A stretch of DNA of 64,000 nt from an uncultured bacterium (GCA_963807755.1 CAWECM010000004.1:46543-110542); one strand, 5' to 3'; positions 19,883-28,012 are shown, counted from the stretch's first letter. Notes: generated from the letters alone by a model not told the origin. A program made the numbers and translations.

Positions 19883-20746
19883 ATGACCGCCAAGGGCCCC
19901 TCGGCTGCGATGTCGATCGACGTCGAGGATTGGTTTCAGGTCGAGAACCTGAGGACCGCGATCACCCGTGAGAGCTGGAACGATCGCGAGCTTCGGGTGG
20001 AGCGCAACACCGACCGGATGCTCGAGCTGCTGGCCGAGCGCGATATCCGATGCACGTGCTTCGTGCTCGGCTGGGTGGCGGACCGCTGCCCAGCGCTGAT
20101 CCGACGGCTTGCCTCCGCCGGGCACGAGATCGCCAGCCACGGGTACGGACACGAGCTCGTGTACAGACAGACGCCATCGGAGTTTCGTGAGGACGTACGG
20201 CGGTGCAAGGTCCTGTTGGAGGACCTCGTTTCAGCGCCCGTCGTCGGCTACCGGGCGCCCAGCTTCTCGATCACGGATTGGTCCATCCCGATCCTCCAGG
20301 AGCTCGGCTTCCAATACGACTCCTCGCTCTTCCCGGCACTCGCCCATGACCGCTACGGACGCATCGCGGGCGTCGGCCCGCGCGAGCGCATCGCCGAGCT
20401 GGCGCCCGGCTTCAGCGAGGTCTGCATCTCGTCCCTGTTCGTCGGATCCCGCGCGCTCCCGTGGGGAGGCGGAGGCTACTTCCGGTTCCTGCCCTATCCC
20501 GTCTTCCGGCGCGGCGTGGCCGGCATCCTGGGCTCGGGAGAGCCGTATGTCTTCTACATCCATCCCTGGGAGATCGACCCCGGCCAGCCGCGGGTCGCCG
20601 GGCTTTCCCGAACGCACTCCTTCCGGCACTACGTCGGGCTGCGCACTGCCGAGCGCCGCTTCCGGTCGCTGCTGGGCGACTTCGCCTGGACCACCGTCGC
20701 GGACGTCCTCGCCCGGTGCGCCGACCCTAGGGCTGATAACTCGTGA
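19883..20746 (+). CDS. polysaccharide deacetylase family protein with DUF3473-type C-terminus
   Basis: SIDVEDWFQVENL, FVLGWVA, HEIASHGYGHE, YRAPSFS, WGGGGYFRFLPY. Start options are TTG 19871, GTG 19880 and ATG 19883; the ATG has a GGAG 6 nt upstream. Confidence 0.8.
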   Translation: MTAKGPSAAMSIDVEDWFQVENLRTAITRESWNDRELRVERNTDRMLELLAERDIRCTCFVLGWVADRCPALIRRLASAGHEIASHGYGHELVYRQTPSEFREDVRRCKVLLEDLVSAPVVGYRAPSFSITDWSIPILQELGFQYDSSLFPALAHDRYGRIAGVGPRERIAELAPGFSEVCISSLFVGSRALPWGGGGYFRFLPYPVFRRGVAGILGSGEPYVFYIHPWEIDPGQPRVAGLSRTHSFRHYVGLRTAERRFRSLLGDFAWTTVADVLARCADPRADNS

Positions 20747-22205
20747 TCTGGACGTTTGCGTAGTCCGTGTAGATCATCTCCTGGCGCGGCTGGCCGGGGA
20801 CGGAGCCGTCGAAGAGGTCCATGTGGTGGTACAGACCGATGCCGGCTGAGGAGCTCGGCCGGCCGCCCGTGAAGTCGATTCCCGACTGACGGCTCACCGC
20901 CTGGGTCATCGAGCCGTTCTGGTCGAGGTCGGCCCATACCTCGTACCAACCGTCCGAGTCCCAGTTGCTGACGATCGCCATCCGGATCCACTCGCCGGTC
21001 GGGACCTGGAGGATCTGGTACCTGTTTTTGTTTTCACCGTCGCGGGCGATGAACTTGATCCCGTCGGAGCCGATGGTCGCCGAGAACGGCAGGTGGCTGC
21101 CGAGACCGCCGCCGTGCGACTTGAACTGCAGCAGCTGGCTGAACTTCGAGTTGCCGCCGCCGTTCGACTGCTTGTGCGGGAAGGGCGACTCGCCGTTGGC
21201 GAGCTCCTGCAGGCGGAACGAGTAATAGAAGGCGTAGTTGCCCGGCGTGAATGACATCGGGTTGTCGGACGCCGACCACTTCTGGGTCTGGGTCCGAGTG
21301 GACTGGCTGCCGGATTTCGTCCGGTCGTAGACCGACTGCGCTCCGAGGCGGGAGATGTAGCGGCGGTAGTACGGGCTGCGCGCCGACTGTCCGACCGCCA
21401 CGTGCGGATCGCCGTCGCCCGAGCGTCGGACGACGTACGGGTCGTTGGCGGCGCTGGCGTCACAGCCATAGAGGAACGGCGTCGAGTTCGAACCCCAGAC
21501 CAAGCACGGGTTCGGCTGGGTGGCCAGGTCCTGGGAGAGGACCGTTCCGGTGCCCGGGACAACCGAAGCCGAGCCGGGGGGAACGGGCGGATCCGGTGGA
21601 TTCGGCCAATCGGGCGGATCCGGGGGATCGGGCGGATTTGGCGGATCGGGCGGATTTGGCGGATCGGGGGGATCCGGGGGATCGGGGGGATCCGGTGGAT
21701 CGGGTGGATCGGGCGGAATCGAGGGAAGGTCTACGGCAAACGACCGGGCGGCCGGGGTGGGATCGGTGTTTCCAGCCCGGTCGGTCGCCCGGACCGCGAA
21801 GGTGTGCCGGCCCTCGATCATCCTGGACACCGGCTCCGGGCTGGAGCACGCGTGCCAATCCCCTTCGTCCAGCAGGCACTCGAACGTGGAGCCGGGCTCA
21901 GAGGCAGAGAAAGCGAAGGCGCTTGCGGGCACCGGGATCGTGCCTGACGGCCCGAAGATGATCGCGGTGTCCGGCGCGATCCTGTCCCGTCGGCTGCCGT
22001 GCCAGGCCCGAGGTCGGTTCGTCTTGTGGCGCAGGCGATGCGCCTTATGGCCGCTGAACACGTCGTCCGGCTTCGTCATGGCCGCGCCGCGGGAGCTCCC
22101 GGCGCGACTGGCGTCCCGCTTCGAGTCGGCGGCGAATGCGGAAACGGCAAAAGTGAGCATCGCCGTAAGGGCGAGGGCGGTGAGGCTGCGACTGCGGTCG
22201 AACAT
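20727..22205 (-). CDS. secreted protein: signal peptide, Ig-like domain, (PPD)n linker, jelly-roll (polysaccharide-lyase/concanavalin-like) C-terminal domain
   Basis: ORF 20727..22361 trimmed to ATG 22203-22205 (MFDRSRSLTALALTAMLTFAVSAFA) with a GAGGAGAA Shine-Dalgarno sequence. GSTFECLLDEGDWHACSSP...GRHTFAVRATDRAGNTDPTPA is the Ig-like module. The lyase-like assignment for the C-terminus is only a pattern-level impression. Confidence 0.7.
   Translation of the reverse strand: MFDRSRSLTALALTAMLTFAVSAFAADSKRDASRAGSSRGAAMTKPDDVFSGHKAHRLRHKTNRPRAWHGSRRDRIAPDTAIIFGPSGTIPVPASAFAFSASEPGSTFECLLDEGDWHACSSPEPVSRMIEGRHTFAVRATDRAGNTDPTPAARSFAVDLPSIPPDPPDPPDPPDPPDPPDPPNPPDPPNPPDPPDPPDWPNPPDPPVPPGSASVVPGTGTVLSQDLATQPNPCLVWGSNSTPFLYGCDASAANDPYVVRRSGDGDPHVAVGQSARSPYYRRYISRLGAQSVYDRTKSGSQSTRTQTQKWSASDNPMSFTPGNYAFYYSFRLQELANGESPFPHKQSNGGGNSKFSQLLQFKSHGGGLGSHLPFSATIGSDGIKFIARDGENKNRYQILQVPTGEWIRMAIVSNWDSDGWYEVWADLDQNGSMTQAVSRQSGIDFTGGRPSSSAGIGLYHHMDLFDGSVPGQPRQEMIYTDYANVQITSYQP
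21585..21720 (-). repeat. about 15 tandem 9-bp units (GGATCNGGN on the plus strand) encoding PPDPPDPPN...
   Basis: Direct reading of 21585-21720. The translation is IPPDPPDPPDPPDPPDPPNPPDPPNPPDPPDPPDWPNPPDPPVPP, inside the CDS above. Confidence 0.9.
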
Positions 22206-22214
22206 CCGGTTCTC

Positions 22215-22305
22215 CTCTTCGGCGGCTGAGCCGTCTCGCTGAGCACGAGACCTCTGGCTTTGCGTCCCCGCCTCACGGCGGGTTTGCCTTGTCGGTGGAT
22301 GCCGG
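22215..22305 (-). promoter_or_regulatory. candidate c-di-GMP-I (GEMM) riboswitch in the 5' leader of the secreted protein gene
   Basis: The minus strand reads ACAAGGCAAACC-CGCC-GTGA-GGCG-GGGACGCAAAGCC-AGAG-GTCTCG-TGCTCAG-CGAGAC-GGCTCAGCCGCC. GGCAAACC and GGGACGCAAAGCC match my recollection of the most conserved GEMM-I blocks (compare Vc2: GGGCAAACC-AUUC-GAAA-GAGU-GGGACGCAAAGCC). The first hairpin is capped by a GNRA loop and a second hairpin follows. The motif ends about 10 nt before the Shine-Dalgarno sequence. Confidence 0.65.
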
Positions 22306-22511
22306 TCCCTCGGCCCCACGTTTTGTGAGTCTTTCCCTAAGGCTCGGTTTCCAAACCTCAAAACTTGAGAAAAGCTGCAACCGACCGGAACGTCCGTCCA
22401 ATCGCCCTGGGCGGAGTCTTGCGCGCAGGCGGGCGCCGGAACCTTCGAGTTCGGCCTAAAGCAGAGAGTTAGTGTTCGCCGATCTCACCCGGTCCGCGCC
22501 CCCGATAGAGC

Positions 22512-22537
22512 GAGAGCCCCGCCGGGCGGGGCTCTCG
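22512..22537 (-). terminator. GC-rich stem-loop downstream of the PepSY gene
   Basis: GAGAGCCCCGCC-GG-GCGGGGCTCTC hairpin, 24 nt after the stop at 22561. No clear T-tract. Confidence 0.4.
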
Positions 22538-22560
22538 GAGCTCAGCGGCTTGCGCGGGCA

Positions 22561-22893
22561 TCAGCCCTCGTCGGCCTCGTCCTCCTCGCCGTCGTCGGCC
22601 TCGTCGCCGACCACGTTGAACGAGCGGTCGAGCTGCACGTCGGTCTGGCTGCCGTCTTCCAGGGTCACCTCGACCTCGTAGTAGCTCTCCTCGTCGCCGA
22701 CCTCGGTGCCGGTCACCTGGCCGCCGCCGGTGTGCTCGAGCGCCGCGGCGCTCGCGCTCTCGAGGGCGGTGCCGGAGATCGGCTTCTCGGAGGCGTCGTC
22801 ATCGGCGCCGGTGCCGAGGGCAACGCCTGCGCCGCCGGCCGCGATCGCGGCTGCGGCGACGCCGCTGATCAGGATCTTCGTTCGCTTGGTCAT
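22561..22893 (-). CDS. PepSY domain-containing protein
   Basis: 110 aa. N-terminal TM/signal MTKRTKILISGVAAAAIAAGG. ALESASAAALEHTGGGQVTGTEVGDEESYYEVEVTLEDGSQTDVQLD fits the PepSY pattern. Acidic tail and AGGAGGAA Shine-Dalgarno sequence. Confidence 0.7.
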   Translation of the reverse strand: MTKRTKILISGVAAAAIAAGGAGVALGTGADDDASEKPISGTALESASAAALEHTGGGQVTGTEVGDEESYYEVEVTLEDGSQTDVQLDRSFNVVGDEADDGEEDEADEG

Positions 22894-22962
22894 CTCATTC
22901 CTCCTGGGTTCAGGGTTGATGCCGCTGTTCTAAGGAGGCGCGATGAAATGACGATGAATGGG

Positions 22963-23703
22963 CTACTCCAGATCGCGGCGGCGCAGGAGGACGGCGCCGG
23001 GCGCGAAGAACGCGAGCACCCAGGCGAGCATCGCGAGCGTGGCAAGGCCAGGCGCGAGCAGGGTCGTGTCTATCGCAAGCGCGTTCTCGGGGAGGTCGGT
23101 GACGCCGGCGGGGAGGCCGAAGAACAGGCCGTAACGGGCCACCTCCGGAAAGACGGCCATCAGGGCCGGCTCGAGCACGAAACCGACGACGAGGACGGTG
23201 ACGACTCCCACTACCTGGTTACGGACGACGGTGCCGAAGGCCACGCCGAATGCTCCAAGCAGCATCGCGACGATCGAGTTCCTGCCAATCAGGGTCAGGA
23301 CGTCGCCGAGCTCGGGAACCGGCTGGCCGCGGAGCTCCAGCACGGTGTAGCCGAGGATCGCGACCCCGCTCGAGATCAGCAGCGAAAGAATCAGGCCGGC
23401 GACCGCGAACGCGAGCGTCTTCGCGAGCAGGAACCGCAGGCGGTCCGGCGCCGCGAGCAGCGACGAGGCGATCGTGCGGTGGCGCCACTCGCCGGTGATC
23501 CCGACGATCGCGAGCAGCAGGATGAAGAGCGAGCTCGTGTCCGACGCGAACACGTCGACCAGTACTGACTCCTCCGTGGTGTCCCCAAGCAGTGCGGTGA
23601 GTCCGGCGATCAGCGCCGACGTGGCGACGGCGACCGCGGTGAGCGCGGCGAAGGTACGGGTCGTCCGGAGCTTCAGCAGCTCGGCCTGCAGCAGGGCGCT
23701 CAT
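22963..23703 (-). CDS. ABC-2 type transporter permease
   Basis: 246 aa, six hydrophobic segments. The ATG overlaps the stop of the upstream ATPase (ATGA). Confidence 0.8.
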   Translation of the reverse strand: MSALLQAELLKLRTTRTFAALTAVAVATSALIAGLTALLGDTTEESVLVDVFASDTSSLFILLLAIVGITGEWRHRTIASSLLAAPDRLRFLLAKTLAFAVAGLILSLLISSGVAILGYTVLELRGQPVPELGDVLTLIGRNSIVAMLLGAFGVAFGTVVRNQVVGVVTVLVVGFVLEPALMAVFPEVARYGLFFGLPAGVTDLPENALAIDTTLLAPGLATLAMLAWVLAFFAPGAVLLRRRDLE

Positions 23704-24653
23704 CGATAAGCCGCCTCAACAACGGCGGGGCTCGGCTCCGCTTCGCTCCGCCTCACATCCACCTCCGTGAGCTCGAGGAACGCGTCCTCGAGGCTGCGGG
23801 CGGCGATGCCCAGCTCGATCAGCGCGAGGCCGTGCTCGGCCGCGACGCGGCCCACGGCAAGCGTTTCCGCGCCGCGGACCAGGAGGCCACCGCCATCCGC
23901 CGCGGCGGCCGCCGCGAACCCTCGCTCCGCCAGGAGCGCCGCCAGGCGCGCGTCGTCGACCGAGCGCACGCGGGTGGCAGGACCGTCGGCCGAGCCCAGC
24001 ACCGATTCGAGCGAGCCGAGGCCGCGGAGCCTGCCGTTCGCGATCACGACCACGTCATCGACGGTCTGCGCCACCTCAAACAGCAGGTGGCTCGAGATCA
24101 GGACGGCGCTGCCGCGCCGGGCCTCCGCCCGGACGAGGTCGCGCATCCAGCGGATCCCGGGCGGGTCGAGCCCGTTCGCCGGCTCGTCGAGGATCAGGAC
24201 GCGCGGCTTCCCGAGGAGGGCCGCAGCGATCGCGAGTCGCTGGCGCATGCCCATCGAGTAGCCGCCTACCCGGCGGTCGGCGGCGTGCGCGAGCTCGACC
24301 TGGGCGAGCACCTCGTCGACGCGTGCAGCCGGATGGGATCCGGCGGCGGCGAGCACGCGCAGGTGGTTGCGCCCCGTCCGGCCCGGATGGAAGCTTGCGT
24401 CCTCGAGAACCGCGCCGACCTTCGCGCTCGGGTGCTCGAGCGCCTCGTAGCGCAAGCCGCCGAAGGTCGCGGCGCCGGCGTCGGCATGGACGAGCCCGAG
24501 CAGCGCTCGCAGCGTCGTGCTCTTGCCGGCGCCGTTCGGGCCGAGGAAGCCGGTCACGCGACCCGCCTGGACCTCGAACGAGAGGTCATCGACGGCACGA
24601 ATGGATCCGAAGCTCTTCGAGAGCCCGGTGATCTGGATCGCCGGATCAGCCAT
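23700..24653 (-). CDS. ABC transporter ATP-binding protein
   Basis: ORF trimmed to ATG 24651-24653 (MADPAIQITGLSKSFG). Walker A GPNGAGKST, signature YSMGMRQRL, Walker B VLILDEP. Confidence 0.92.
   Translation of the reverse strand: MADPAIQITGLSKSFGSIRAVDDLSFEVQAGRVTGFLGPNGAGKSTTLRALLGLVHADAGAATFGGLRYEALEHPSAKVGAVLEDASFHPGRTGRNHLRVLAAAGSHPAARVDEVLAQVELAHAADRRVGGYSMGMRQRLAIAAALLGKPRVLILDEPANGLDPPGIRWMRDLVRAEARRGSAVLISSHLLFEVAQTVDDVVVIANGRLRGLGSLESVLGSADGPATRVRSVDDARLAALLAERGFAAAAAADGGGLLVRGAETLAVGRVAAEHGLALIELGIAARSLEDAFLELTEVDVRRSEAEPSPAVVEAAYR
23710..23757 (-). repeat. 48-nt dispersed element, copy B (inverted relative to copy A)
   Basis: The reverse complement, tgtgaggcggagcgaagcggagccgagccccgccgttgttgaggcggc, is 46/48 identical to 4148..4195. 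It supplies the last ~17 codons (VRRSEAEPSPAVVEAA) of the ABC ATPase. Confidence 0.8.
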
Positions 24654-24719
24654 GCCGAAAACGTTAGGAGGGAGCGCCCGTGTGCACATCGGGCGCGAGA
24701 CTGAATCGCGACTACGACT

Positions 24720-25382
24720 TCAGGATGAGCGCGGGCGGACCAGCCCCACGTCGTAGGCCAGCACCACGGCCTGCACGCGGTCGCGCAGGCGCAGCTTGCG
24801 CAGGATCGCGGACACGTGGGTCTTGACCGTCGCCTCGCTCACCACCAGCCGCTCGGCGATCTCTGAGTTCGACAGCGCGAGCGCGACGAGGCGCAGGACC
24901 TCCACCTCCCGGTCGGTGAGCTCGTCGAAGTCGGGGACGGCCTCCGCCTGGGTCGGCAGATCAGGCGCGAACTTGTCGAGCAGACGCCTGGTCACGCTCG
25001 GCGCGAGCAGGGCGTCACCCGCTGCCACGACGCGGATTCCCTCGACCAGGGCCGCCGGCCGGACGTCCTTCAGAAGGAAGCCGCTGGCCCCGGCGCGTAA
25101 CGCTTCCGAGACGTACTCGTCGATGTCGTGCGTCGTGAGGATGATGATGCGGGCGTCGCTGCCCGCACTGACGATCCGCCTCGTCGCCTCGAGGCCGTCC
25201 ATCCCCGGCATCCGTACATCCATGAGGATCACGTCGGGCCGGTGTTCCTCCGCGAGCGCAACTGCCTCCGTCCCGTCCGGTGCCTCGGCCACGACCTCCA
25301 TGTCGTCGCGGTCGTCGATGATCATCCGGAACCCGCCCCGAACGAGCGCCTGGTCGTCGGCGATCAGGACGCGGACGGTCAC
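24720..25382 (-). CDS. response regulator, NarL/LuxR family
   Basis: GTG 25380-25382 forms a GTGA overlap with the kinase stop. VRVLIADDQALVR...DVILMDVRMPGMDG receiver domain, then LTDREVEVLRLVALALSNSEIAERLVVSEATVKTHV HTH. Confidence 0.92.
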   Translation of the reverse strand: MTVRVLIADDQALVRGGFRMIIDDRDDMEVVAEAPDGTEAVALAEEHRPDVILMDVRMPGMDGLEATRRIVSAGSDARIIILTTHDIDEYVSEALRAGASGFLLKDVRPAALVEGIRVVAAGDALLAPSVTRRLLDKFAPDLPTQAEAVPDFDELTDREVEVLRLVALALSNSEIAERLVVSEATVKTHVSAILRKLRLRDRVQAVVLAYDVGLVRPRSS

Positions 25383-26479
25383 GACGCGCGCTCCAGAGGG
25401 AGCCGCGCGCGGACGCGGAAGCCGCGCTCGGGCAGTGGACCTGCCTCGAGGGTGCCGCCGATCAGCGCCGCGCGCTCGCGCATTCCCACGATCCCGTGTC
25501 CGCCCTCGCCCTGGCCGTTCGCCTTGGCGCCGAGGCCGTCGTCGTCGATCACCAGCTCCAGTATGTCCCCGGCGAAGCGCACGAGGACCTCGGCGCTGCC
25601 TGCGCGCGCATGGCGAAGCGTGTTGGTGAGGGCTTCCTGGACGATCCGGTACGCAGAGAGATCGACGCCGGGCGCGAGCGCCGCCGGCTCTCCCTCGCGG
25701 CGGACGATGACCTGTACGCCGCCGGTCCTGATCCGTTCGACGAGCTCGTCGAGCTGGTCGAGTCCCGGCTGCGGCCCGCTCTCGGGGTCGCCGGCCTTGA
25801 CCGCGGCCAGCAGCCGGCGGAGCTCTCCCATGGCCTCCCGGCCCGAGCTCTCGATCGAGTGCAGGGCGGCCCGCGCCTGCTCGGGCTGCGACTCGAAGAC
25901 GTCGTCCGCCGCCGCAGCCTGGACGACCATCACCGAAACGCTGTGCGCGATCACGTCGTGGAGCTCGCGCGCGATGCGCGCCTGCTCCTCCGAGACCGCG
26001 CGGCGCGCCTCCTCTTCGATCGCCACGTGTCGGTTGCGGGTCGCCTCGCCCAGTGCCCAGGCCGCGCCGCACGCGGCGATCGCGAAGCCGGCGTCGCCGG
26101 CCGCAACCTCGGGGAACAGGAAGTTCAGGCTCGCGACCAACGCGATCGCGGCAAGCGCGAGGCGGGACTCACGCGGCGGACGGTGGGCCGCGAACGAGCC
26201 GATCGCAAACAGGCCGGCAAGCGGCAGCACCATCTGCGGCGCCAGGAGCATCGTCAGCGCGCCGCCGACAAGCGCGATCGCAAGGACCGGGCCAGGATGC
26301 GTGCGACGCCACCGAAGCGCGCCGCCCTGGACAGCCCCCAGGCTGATGGCAAGCACCAGATCGAGCCAGTCGTTCGGCTGGCGCTCGTCGAGGATCGTCA
26401 GCGCGATGATGATCCCGACCCCCCACGGGATCAGGTAGTCGGCGATCCTGCCGAGTCGACTTCGCCAATTCCCGCGCAC
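25379..26479 (-). CDS. sensor histidine kinase (HisKA_3 / DesK-LiaS type)
   Basis: ORF 25379..27100 trimmed to GTG 26477-26479. Four or five TM helices, then ARELHDVIAHSVS (H-box) and the HATPase region DDGLG...GHGIVGMRERA. Confidence 0.85.
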   Translation of the reverse strand: MRGNWRSRLGRIADYLIPWGVGIIIALTILDERQPNDWLDLVLAISLGAVQGGALRWRRTHPGPVLAIALVGGALTMLLAPQMVLPLAGLFAIGSFAAHRPPRESRLALAAIALVASLNFLFPEVAAGDAGFAIAACGAAWALGEATRNRHVAIEEEARRAVSEEQARIARELHDVIAHSVSVMVVQAAAADDVFESQPEQARAALHSIESSGREAMGELRRLLAAVKAGDPESGPQPGLDQLDELVERIRTGGVQVIVRREGEPAALAPGVDLSAYRIVQEALTNTLRHARAGSAEVLVRFAGDILELVIDDDGLGAKANGQGEGGHGIVGMRERAALIGGTLEAGPLPERGFRVRARLPLERAS

Positions 26480-26557
26480 GCCTCGATCCTGGCGGATCGA
26501 CCCCGATTTCGCATCGGTCTCGAGGATGAGAGCGCGCCGCGCGTCTAGTCTGTCGGC

Positions 26558-26851
26558 GTGTCCAACGTCGACGACGCCGTCAGGCTGATCACTGACCCCG
26601 CGAACGTGACCCGGATGAAGCAGACCGGGCCGGACGAGCAGTTCGCGGTCAAGCAGAACCGGGTGATGCGTGCGCTTCGGGACGCCGGCGCCGGCAAGGC
26701 CGAGGCCCGCGAGCTCGCCCTGAAGGCGCTGGAGCAGGTCGAGGGCGGCGCCGAGCTCCAGGCCCACCGCGGTGCCCAGCCCGTCGGCGGCCGCGGCGAC
26801 GCCACCGAGGAGCATTGGTGGGTGCCGGCGACGGCGGTGCGGTTCGAGTAA
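26558..26851 (+). CDS. hypothetical protein (97 aa)
   Basis: GTG-start ORF in an otherwise empty gap. Strong GC at third codon positions when read by eye. I recognise no family. Confidence 0.45.
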   Translation: MSNVDDAVRLITDPANVTRMKQTGPDEQFAVKQNRVMRALRDAGAGKAEARELALKALEQVEGGAELQAHRGAQPVGGRGDATEEHWWVPATAVRFE

Positions 26852-26855
26852 CCGC

Positions 26856-27623
26856 CTAGCCGGCCTCGGATCCAACGCCCGCAACCGCATTCGCCGAAGC
26901 GCTGGCGCGGCTCTGGTGCACGACCGCCGCGTCGCGGATGCGATGGATGTGGTCGCCCATCGCGCGTCCCGCGTGCTCGGGGTCGCGCGCGCAGATCGCC
27001 TCGACGATTCGCTCGTGTTCCCCGGCGGTCCGTTGCGCCACCGAGGGCAGCTGGACGGTGTAGCCGCGACTCTCCTCGGCGAGCGCGGCGATGGTCGCAA
27101 GCAGGCGCTCGAGAAGCGGGTTGTGCGCGGCGCGTGCGATCCGCTCGTGTAGCTCGACGTCCACGCGCACCAGCTCGTCCGCCGTCATGTCGCCCGCGCT
27201 GCCGCGGCGCGCACATTCGCGCAACTTCTCGAGCTCCTCGTCGGCGGCGCGCTCGGCGGCCTGTGCCGCTGCGCCCGGTTCCAACATGAGCCGGACCTCG
27301 AAGAGGTGCTCCAGACCGAAGTCGGACAGCGCCAGCGCGAACTGGAGCGGGCGCAGGAGCTCCTCGACGCCGAGCGAGGAGACGAAGGTGCCCGACCCGT
27401 GCCTGCTCTCGACGATGTTCATCGCCTGAAGCGCCCGAATGGCCTCGCGGACGGTCGGTCGGCTGACGCCCAGCGCTGTGCTCAGCGCCCGCTCCGACGG
27501 GAGGCGATCACCGGGGCGAAGACGCCCGTCGAGGATCATGTCCTTGACCGTCAGAATCGCGTCCGTCGTGAACCCCGTCCGGGCGAGCGGGCTGAACTCG
27601 GCCGCGGGCTCGTCGCCGTCCAT
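26856..27623 (-). CDS. GntR family transcriptional regulator (FadR-like C-terminal domain)
   Basis: 255 aa: LRPGDRLPSERALSTALGVSRPTVREAIRALQAMNIVESRHGSGTFV followed by an FCD-type helical domain. The start overlaps the cupin stop by 1 nt. Confidence 0.9.
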   Translation of the reverse strand: MDGDEPAAEFSPLARTGFTTDAILTVKDMILDGRLRPGDRLPSERALSTALGVSRPTVREAIRALQAMNIVESRHGSGTFVSSLGVEELLRPLQFALALSDFGLEHLFEVRLMLEPGAAAQAAERAADEELEKLRECARRGSAGDMTADELVRVDVELHERIARAAHNPLLERLLATIAALAEESRGYTVQLPSVAQRTAGEHERIVEAICARDPEHAGRAMGDHIHRIRDAAVVHQSRASASANAVAGVGSEAG

Positions 27624-28012
27624 CAGCGCTCGACGTGCCCCGAGCCGCCGTCCGTGCCGAGGACCAGGTCCCGCTCGCGGTCGGGGACGTGGTCGAGGGG
27701 CACCGGGGCCAGTGCCTCGATGAACGCGCAGCCGTGCTCGGAGTAGAGCTCGTGCTCGAGCCCCCGGTTGACGACCACGGTGTCTCCGGCGCGGAGGGTG
27801 CGGGTCTCATCCTCGATCGTCATCGTCAACTCCCCCTCGAGGATGAGCATCACCTGCTCGGTGTGTTCATGGCTGTGGCGGCTGACGCGCATCCCGGGCT
27901 CGTACGCGGCACGGCAGAGCAGCACCCGCTCGCCCCCGACCGCGTTGATATGGACGCCGGGCGCGAACTCGTACGTCTCGACCTCGTTGAAGGTGCCGAA
28001 GGGTGAGCTCAT
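27623..28012 (-). CDS. cupin domain protein
   Basis: ORF trimmed to ATG 28010-28012 (MSSPFGTFNEV...). SRHSHEHTEQVMLILEGEL...GDTVVVNRGLEHE cupin motifs. ATGA overlap with the upstream gene. Confidence 0.8.
   Translation of the reverse strand: MSSPFGTFNEVETYEFAPGVHINAVGGERVLLCRAAYEPGMRVSRHSHEHTEQVMLILEGELTMTIEDETRTLRAGDTVVVNRGLEHELYSEHGCAFIEALAPVPLDHVPDRERDLVLGTDGGSGHVER

Noticed and set aside
21585-21720. Short regularly spaced repeats as a possible CRISPR array.
   Set aside because: The units are 9 bp, contiguous with no spacers, in frame inside a CDS, and encode a PPD linker.
4148-23757. The two inverted 48-nt copies as terminal inverted repeats of a 19.6 kb mobile element.
   Set aside because: The interior is core housekeeping (pheST, infC-rpmI-rplT, thrS) with no transposase or integrase. 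The copies sit inside operons, so a dispersed REP-like element is the simpler reading.
24720-26072. 450-aa ORF suggesting a large response regulator with an N-terminal extension. The same applies to the 573-aa form of the kinase ORF (25379..27100).
   Set aside because: The extensions are Arg/Gly-rich and overlap the neighbouring gene out of frame. Conserved domains begin at GTG 25382 and GTG 26479, with a GTGA stop-start overlap.
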